DNA from: Candidatus Saccharibacteria bacterium CPR2
Lineage (GTDB): Bacteria > Patescibacteriota > Saccharimonadia > Saccharimonadales > QWHN01
Length of the DNA: 64,000 nt
Assembly (NCBI GenBank): GCA_021404905.1
Contig: QWHN01000001.1
Coordinates: 194,162 to 258,161 of the forward strand
Reading direction: 5' to 3'
Part shown: positions 58,714 through 64,000 of the stretch, piece after piece
Layout: each line of letters begins with the position of its first letter
Numbering within the stretch: the stretch's first letter is position 1
Notes under the pieces: model-generated
Seen by the model: only the letters and a program-made list of their open reading frames with translations
What the model was told of the DNA's origin: nothing
The model's database searches: none
Translations under genes and position numbers: made by a program

Positions 58714-59148
58714 ATGGATTATGCTAGTGCTTTTGAAAATATAAATTTTTTGGCTATATTATTTGCGGCGCTATCATCGTTTGTCGTTGGAGGATTCTGG
58801 TATTCAAAATCAATGTTTCTGAAAATATGGATGAAAGAGACAGGGTTAACACAAAAAGATATTGAAAAAAAACAGGGCATGGCACAAATATTTACAGCTA
58901 CTTTTCTATTAGCTTTGGTTGCCGCGTATTTTTTGGCCGTGGTCCTATATATGGTTAGCGAGCCAAAAGCAAATTGGCTAGACGGCGCAGTGTTTGGAGC
59001 TGTCGTTGGCATGGCTTTTGTGGCTACATCACAGGCGACTCACGTACTTTTTGAAAGAAAGACTCTTAGACTGTTTGCCGTACAATCTGGCCACGACATA
59101 CTAAGACTCGCGGTAATGGGTGCAATATTAGGAGCATTTGGCTCCTAG
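58714..59148 (+). CDS. DUF1761-like small membrane protein
   Basis: 144 aa with four TM helices. The N-terminus INFLAILFAALSSFVVGGFWYS is typical of DUF1761. Confidence 0.55.
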   Translation: MDYASAFENINFLAILFAALSSFVVGGFWYSKSMFLKIWMKETGLTQKDIEKKQGMAQIFTATFLLALVAAYFLAVVLYMVSEPKANWLDGAVFGAVVGMAFVATSQATHVLFERKTLRLFAVQSGHDILRLAVMGAILGAFGS

Positions 59149-59158
59149 CGGATTTTCT

Positions 59159-59374
59159 ATGGGGTACTTAACGAGCCAAAATTTTAGCCAAGGAATTCCG
59201 CTGGAACTTGAAGATTTACTAAATGACGATCCTCTGGCAAAAAGTATCTTCATCAGCTTGCCCCCATCACACAAAAAAGAATACATTGCATGGATTGAAG
59301 AGGCTAAGAAGGAAAATACTAGAAAAAGCAGGGCTCAAAAAGCCATATCTATGTTAAAAAAATATAAAAAATAG
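59159..59374 (+). CDS. YdeI/OmpD-associated family protein (short)
   Basis: The segment PPSHKKEYIAWIEEAKKENTRKSRAQKAISMLK matches the YdeI C-terminal pattern. I chose the ATG at 59159 as the start. Confidence 0.55.
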   Translation: MGYLTSQNFSQGIPLELEDLLNDDPLAKSIFISLPPSHKKEYIAWIEEAKKENTRKSRAQKAISMLKKYKK

Positions 59375-59384
59375 GGTATCCGTT

Positions 59385-59999
59385 ATGGATAAAATGCCAG
59401 ATAGAAACCTTGCAAAATACTTAAGTCAACTTGGTGTGGTTAAAACAGATGGAGTTTATGAAGCTTTTTCGCATGTTAGAAGAGAAGATTTCCTTCCAAA
59501 AAATGTTAAGGATTATGCATATTTAGATAGCGCTCTTAGTATTGGATATGGCCAAACAAATTCGCAGCCGTATACAGTAGCATTTATGCTTGAGCTTCTT
59601 GAAGTAGAAAGAGGGCAGAAAGTGCTTGATGTAGGCTCGGGTTCTGGTTGGACAACGGCACTGCTAGCTAACTTAGTGGGTAAAAAGGGTAATGTAATTG
59701 GAGTGGAAGTTGTTCCAGAACTGGTTAGTTTAGGGTCAGAAAATCTGAGTAAATATAATTTTTCTTGGGCTCATATAGAGGAGGCTGGCGATATTTTCGG
59801 CTGGCCGGAAAAAGCTCCGTATGACCGGATTCTGGTTTCGGCTTCAGCCAAGGAAATACCAAAAGCTTTGATTAATCAACTTGCCAAGAACGGTATTATG
59901 GTAATTCCTGTTCGCGAATCAATTTGGCGTATTATAAAAACCAATGGGAAAATTGAAAAAGAAGAATACCCAGGCTTTTTATTTGTTCCCCTCGTGTGA
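59385..59999 (+). CDS. pcm: Protein-L-isoaspartate O-methyltransferase
   Basis: It has the SAM motif VLDVGSGSGWTTALLA and a PIMT-like layout (GYGQTNSQPYTVAFML). Confidence 0.8.
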   Translation: MDKMPDRNLAKYLSQLGVVKTDGVYEAFSHVRREDFLPKNVKDYAYLDSALSIGYGQTNSQPYTVAFMLELLEVERGQKVLDVGSGSGWTTALLANLVGKKGNVIGVEVVPELVSLGSENLSKYNFSWAHIEEAGDIFGWPEKAPYDRILVSASAKEIPKALINQLAKNGIMVIPVRESIWRIIKTNGKIEKEEYPGFLFVPLV

Positions 60000-60006
60000 A
60001 TACCCG

Positions 60007-60789
60007 TTATTTAAACTTGTTTCTTAAATAATCTCGACTTGATTTGCGATCACGGCTTTGATCCCTAACCTTGAGCTCAAGGTGTTTGGCAAGAATATTT
60101 GGGTAAAAAATCACTTTATGGCCAAGTTCACGAAATCTAAGCGCCAAATCCTGACCTTCGCTATAACGCATATTACTGTCAAAACCGCCAATCTTTTTAA
60201 ATACATCACCGCGCAAGGCACAAAAAGCTTCCGATACCCAATCAACTGGGCGCTCTACTGGTTTAAAGTATCTAATTTCTACATTATATGTATATTTTTT
60301 GGCAATTCGTCTTAGGGGCAATACAAGCGGCTTAAAATGAAGTAAAATTGCCAGCCTCTCAATCCATCCGCCCCAGAACGCGGCGGTTTTAGTATCTAGC
60401 CGCCCGTAGTTATATGTCATGGGTTTATTCTTTTTGTTGAGAATCATACCGCCAATTATTCCAACATCGTCATTATTTAAAAAACATTCCTCAATTTTTT
60501 CCCTGATGCCAGGTGTTTTTATTTCCATATCTACATCAACAAAACAAACAATATCGTCCGGTTCCAGAAATTCAAGAATTCGGTTTCGATTTCCAGCCGG
60601 TCCCAGATTTTTGTGGCCATCTACCGCAATAACCTGGTCTTTAAACGCGTAGAGAAGTTCCAAACTGTTATCAGTAGAAGCATCATCCAGCACATATATC
60701 TCATCAAATGAATCATTTACTACTTGCTTAATTATGTTAACTAAGCAGCTTGCTCCGTTATAGTTTGGGATGGCACAGATTACTCGCAT
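60007..60789 (-). CDS. Family 2 glycosyltransferase
   Basis: The N-terminus is ICAIPNYNGASCL...VLDDASTDNS, and a DxD motif (VDVD) is present. Confidence 0.8.
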   Translation of the reverse strand: MRVICAIPNYNGASCLVNIIKQVVNDSFDEIYVLDDASTDNSLELLYAFKDQVIAVDGHKNLGPAGNRNRILEFLEPDDIVCFVDVDMEIKTPGIREKIEECFLNNDDVGIIGGMILNKKNKPMTYNYGRLDTKTAAFWGGWIERLAILLHFKPLVLPLRRIAKKYTYNVEIRYFKPVERPVDWVSEAFCALRGDVFKKIGGFDSNMRYSEGQDLALRFRELGHKVIFYPNILAKHLELKVRDQSRDRKSSRDYLRNKFK

Positions 60790-60854
60790 TGAAACAAATT
60801 CTAAACTTTTAACTTAATGCGAGTATATATCATAAAAATTAATGAGTGATAAAT

Positions 60855-61751
60855 TTATATTCTAAATACGTATTTCGCTAGCCCCATTAGAGCCAGTAGC
60901 CCGAGCAGCCCATAAATCATTGGCAGGAGAAAATCAGGGTATAAAGTAGATAGTATCCAAACTCCAACAAACCACAGTGTCATGCCAATACCAAGACGCA
61001 TTAAACCGCGCTTTTCCTGTTTCCATGATTTGAATTTTTTCAAACTGACACCGTAGTATGCCAGCCCGATTATCACAAGCAGAGGCAAAACAAACACTAG
61101 ATTATAAAACAGAAGCAGAGGCATTGCCGTTATATATCCCATACCTTTTTGGGACATTAGAGCCAGAATTGCTAGATAGGGCGCTCCGGTGCAGGGGAGT
61201 TCTATCAGGGTAACTATAAACCCAAAAAATGCTGCTGAGAGAATACTGGTTGAATGACTAGCTTGATTCTCAACTGTTTTAATAAAACGTTTTGGGATTG
61301 CCAGTGACCAACCGCGCCCATACCAAAAGAAATCTTTTACTTCTAGTGTTCCGGCTAGCAGCACGAACACACCGATTACTAAGTAAAACATTTGGCTAAT
61401 TACAGTAATTTCTCTTACAGCATTAAACGTGCCAAGTAAAGTTAGTCCGCCAACCAAATAAGTTATATACACGCCGGCTGTGTAAGCCATCCCATTTCTC
61501 AGGACCGCTTTTTTCTTCCCGGTTTTGACCAATATTGTCAGCAATAGCAATAGTACACCAATCACGCATGGGTTAATGGCATCTATGGCTCCGAGCACTG
61601 TAATGACGGGGAGCGATAATTCAACTGAATCGATGTGGAATCCTGTCGCATCGACGACGTTTTCATCTTCTCCGGCGTGTGCCAAAACAACTTTTGGTAA
61701 GAGTGCTAACGCAGCAAGTGTTAACATAAGCAATATTCGTGTTTTTCTCAT
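60855..61751 (-). CDS. CcdA/DsbD-family thiol-disulfide transporter (cytochrome c biogenesis TM-region family)
   Basis: It has a signal peptide and six or more TM helices. Conserved Cys residues lie in INPCVIGVL and ELPCTGAPYL. Confidence 0.7.
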   Translation of the reverse strand: MRKTRILLMLTLAALALLPKVVLAHAGEDENVVDATGFHIDSVELSLPVITVLGAIDAINPCVIGVLLLLLTILVKTGKKKAVLRNGMAYTAGVYITYLVGGLTLLGTFNAVREITVISQMFYLVIGVFVLLAGTLEVKDFFWYGRGWSLAIPKRFIKTVENQASHSTSILSAAFFGFIVTLIELPCTGAPYLAILALMSQKGMGYITAMPLLLFYNLVFVLPLLVIIGLAYYGVSLKKFKSWKQEKRGLMRLGIGMTLWFVGVWILSTLYPDFLLPMIYGLLGLLALMGLAKYVFRI

Positions 61752-61752
61752 T

Positions 61753-62394
61753 CTAGCCCCTTCCTAACTTTGGAAATTCGATATTCTGTGAGTTGAGATA
61801 CTCCTTTGTCTCTTGAGCTGTCCTCTCATCGAATACAATTACAATTATATCTTGGTCTTCCCAGATATATTCTCTATAATCTTCATTTTGCTTAAATGAA
61901 TTTTCTCCTTTTTTCTTTACAAACATTTTTAGCGAACCGGGTTTGCCATTTGGGCACCCCTCGCCATTTTTTCTATCCATTAGGGAAGTGGAGTCAAAGG
62001 TTAAGTTTTGGTTATCCATTGCTGTACCAACTTTGAGTTTTGTTGTGTCCGTAATTTCTTCTTTTTCTTTGTCATAAGGTAGTTTGTCGTGCCAATGGAT
62101 AATATTTCTTTCCTCATGAGTGTGTGGTCCATCGAGTGGCCCCACTTCGTTGCCTAGATATTGAGGTTCACCGCACATCTCGATCACCATATAAGAATGA
62201 ATATGAGCCGTTAGCACACATGATCCGTCATTGAGGCAGGTTACAACCGGCTTGTTGAGGCCACCTTGTTTTTTAACCTGCAAGTATGAGTAAACACCCC
62301 AGCCTACAGCTGCGAGTATTGCTACAAGAATAAATACTTTTATTGGTAGCTTGTTATTCTTTTTCGACTTAGTTGATTTTGATTTTTTCGCCAT
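61753..62394 (-). CDS. Hypothetical membrane-anchored protein with a His/Cys-rich extracytoplasmic domain
   Basis: 213 aa with an N-terminal TM helix. Motifs are CLNDGSC, HIHSY and GPHTHEERNIIHWHD. It abuts the CcdA-like gene with a 1-nt gap. Confidence 0.5.
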   Translation of the reverse strand: MAKKSKSTKSKKNNKLPIKVFILVAILAAVGWGVYSYLQVKKQGGLNKPVVTCLNDGSCVLTAHIHSYMVIEMCGEPQYLGNEVGPLDGPHTHEERNIIHWHDKLPYDKEKEEITDTTKLKVGTAMDNQNLTFDSTSLMDRKNGEGCPNGKPGSLKMFVKKKGENSFKQNEDYREYIWEDQDIIVIVFDERTAQETKEYLNSQNIEFPKLGRG

Positions 62395-62407
62395 TTTTTC
62401 TCCTTAA

Positions 62408-63868
62408 TTACTGAACTAATAGAACGCCTTGACCGCCCCATGCACCATCAGGCATGGGCAAGTAACCGGCGACCTCGAGTTTCTCTACATCAATAACTGT
62501 CACCCAAAGTGAAAATTTATTAGTGACATAAGCGTAGGTTCCTCCATTTTGATTCTTACCAAAGAATACTCCGTGCGATCCGTCACCAATATTTGGGATT
62601 TTCTTAACTATATTCCAGCTTTCGGTTGATATAACGGCAACTGAGCCTTCTCCAGAAACGGGCACAAACACATAGCGTCCGTCTGGCGAAGGGACGGTTT
62701 GTACAGGGCCTTTACCGATATCAATTGATGCTATTCTGCTTTGATTGGCAATATTGTAAGCATAAAACTTGCCACTGTGATGAGTCGCAACGAAAGCGTG
62801 AACCCCATTTGGTGTAATTCCTGCCATAAGTGGCAAAGAGTGATTATGTTTACTCGAATCGCTGCCATGTTGATCACTATGGGTAGACTCAATTGTTTCA
62901 TCCTGAAAAATAATTTCGTTTTTGTCTGTATCCCATACGCTAATCATGCCTTTTTCGGTACTTGCAAGAGCCATGAGTTTTCCGTCTGCACTCATCCAAT
63001 GACCATGCGGGCCTTTTGGCGCCCGAACTTTTTTATCGATTTCTAACGTTTGGGAATTAAGTATTGCTATGCCGTCATCACCTTGAAGTGTTACAACTAT
63101 TTTGTCGCCGTTTGCATGGATATGGGCTGGGCTTTCACCAGCCAAAATTTTCTTTTTAAAGTCACCAGTCTTACTGTCGAAAGTACTTGCGAATAAATCA
63201 AACCAGTTAGTAGCTATAACATTATCGCCAACTTGCCAGAGATTGTGAGGATTATTCAAAGATTCATCGTCTATAACTCTTTCAACGCTCCAATCCTCTG
63301 TGTTAAAAATCACGATTGTTCCTGGTTTCTCTTTGTTTTTTAGTTCCTGAAATTGGGCGCCAACCCAGAGCTTACCGCTGCCCTTTATGGCAGGCGTACC
63401 AGCTGGAACCGGTTTATTTTCTGGTGGCCAATTTGCCCATTTTGGCAATTTTTCTTTAGGAACAGGCATGCCAACACCAATAATTCCCTGCATGTACGGA
63501 TGAATGGGGCAGACATAAACATATATTCCGGGTTTTTCGAATTTGTGACTCCAGGAATCAGTGAAATGACCCGAATGAAACTCTTCTGGGCCCTCCAGTG
63601 TCATAACAGGGTGTACTGCAGGAGTATTTTTCTTCCATACAACTGTTTCTCCTGGCTTAATCTCTAGCGCAACAGGGTTCATCCATGGGGCATTATCAGT
63701 TATTGTTACAACATTAGATTTGCCTTTTATAAAAATAAACCAACCGCCTAAAGCAAATATAAACGCAACTGTAATCAGCAATCCCCACCTTAATTTTTTA
63801 TTAATATCGCTCTTTTTCTGGGATTTTCTTCTTGTAGCTTTAGACCTATTAGTTTTTTTAGCAGGCAC
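62408..63868 (-). CDS. Membrane-anchored cupredoxin (amicyanin-like type 1 Cu site) fused to a beta-propeller (YVTN/NHL-like repeats)
   Basis: The segment VVWKKNTPAVHPV...YVYVCPIHPYMQG provides the H...C-x2-H-x2-M copper ligands. The C-terminal region of about 330 aa is repeat-rich (GPHGHWMSADGK, SPDGRYVFV). Confidence 0.65.
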   Translation of the reverse strand: MPAKKTNRSKATRRKSQKKSDINKKLRWGLLITVAFIFALGGWFIFIKGKSNVVTITDNAPWMNPVALEIKPGETVVWKKNTPAVHPVMTLEGPEEFHSGHFTDSWSHKFEKPGIYVYVCPIHPYMQGIIGVGMPVPKEKLPKWANWPPENKPVPAGTPAIKGSGKLWVGAQFQELKNKEKPGTIVIFNTEDWSVERVIDDESLNNPHNLWQVGDNVIATNWFDLFASTFDSKTGDFKKKILAGESPAHIHANGDKIVVTLQGDDGIAILNSQTLEIDKKVRAPKGPHGHWMSADGKLMALASTEKGMISVWDTDKNEIIFQDETIESTHSDQHGSDSSKHNHSLPLMAGITPNGVHAFVATHHSGKFYAYNIANQSRIASIDIGKGPVQTVPSPDGRYVFVPVSGEGSVAVISTESWNIVKKIPNIGDGSHGVFFGKNQNGGTYAYVTNKFSLWVTVIDVEKLEVAGYLPMPDGAWGGQGVLLVQ

Positions 63869-64000
63869 TTATCGCAACCTTTATACTTATGCTTTTTTTA
63901 TACAGGTTTATTCTTTTTATTTCAAGGTAGACACTAGTTAATGGCGCGTTTACGACTACAGAGGTTACCATCTTATGGTATAATCTAAATATACCGATAT

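Overview
This 64-kb window is compact and gene-dense, about 43-47% GC by hand-counted samples, and uses the standard genetic code. Gene content suggests a small-genome, Gram-positive-type bacterium, probably Patescibacteria/CPR; that assignment is inference only. The pointers are PrgI-like and VirB6-like proteins, T4SS-type pilins, many ORFans, and minimal metabolism.

The first third (666-22420) is a type IV secretion-like locus.
- A minus-strand operon encodes a VirB4 ATPase, a PrgI/VirB3-like protein, two giant VirB6-like paralogs, several bitopic or unknown proteins, and two multidomain peptidoglycan hydrolases.
- It faces a plus-strand array of six VirB2/TrbC-like pilin genes carrying seven pilin modules.
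- I saw no coupling protein, relaxase, VirB11 or integrase anywhere in the window.

The rest of the window is mostly housekeeping:
- Translation and RNA modification: argS, valS, tsaD.
- Folate, chaperone and cell-envelope genes: folC, MTHFS, groES-groEL with a CIRCE operator, and a murE-like gene.
- Metabolism and repair: pyrD, PGM, PGI/PMI, HIT, Hsp20, pcm, comF.
- Transport: an ABC pair, MFS and VIT transporters.
- Five tRNAs: four Ser isoacceptors and Arg-GCG.
- A cupredoxin/beta-propeller/CcdA cluster.

The most unusual structure is non-coding. Most larger intergenic gaps are filled by elements built from in-phase 7-bp tandem units arranged as two inverted arrays around an AT-rich centre. 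An exact 22-mer from that centre occurs seven times.

Other oddities:
- A GIY-YIG gene nested between fragments and a full copy of tRNA-Arg.
- A small GC-richer ORFan island with two perfect 10-bp stems.
- A 550-bp structured gap upstream of valS.

I saw no rRNA, CRISPR array or transposase. All protein calls rest on motif recognition by eye; no database search was possible.
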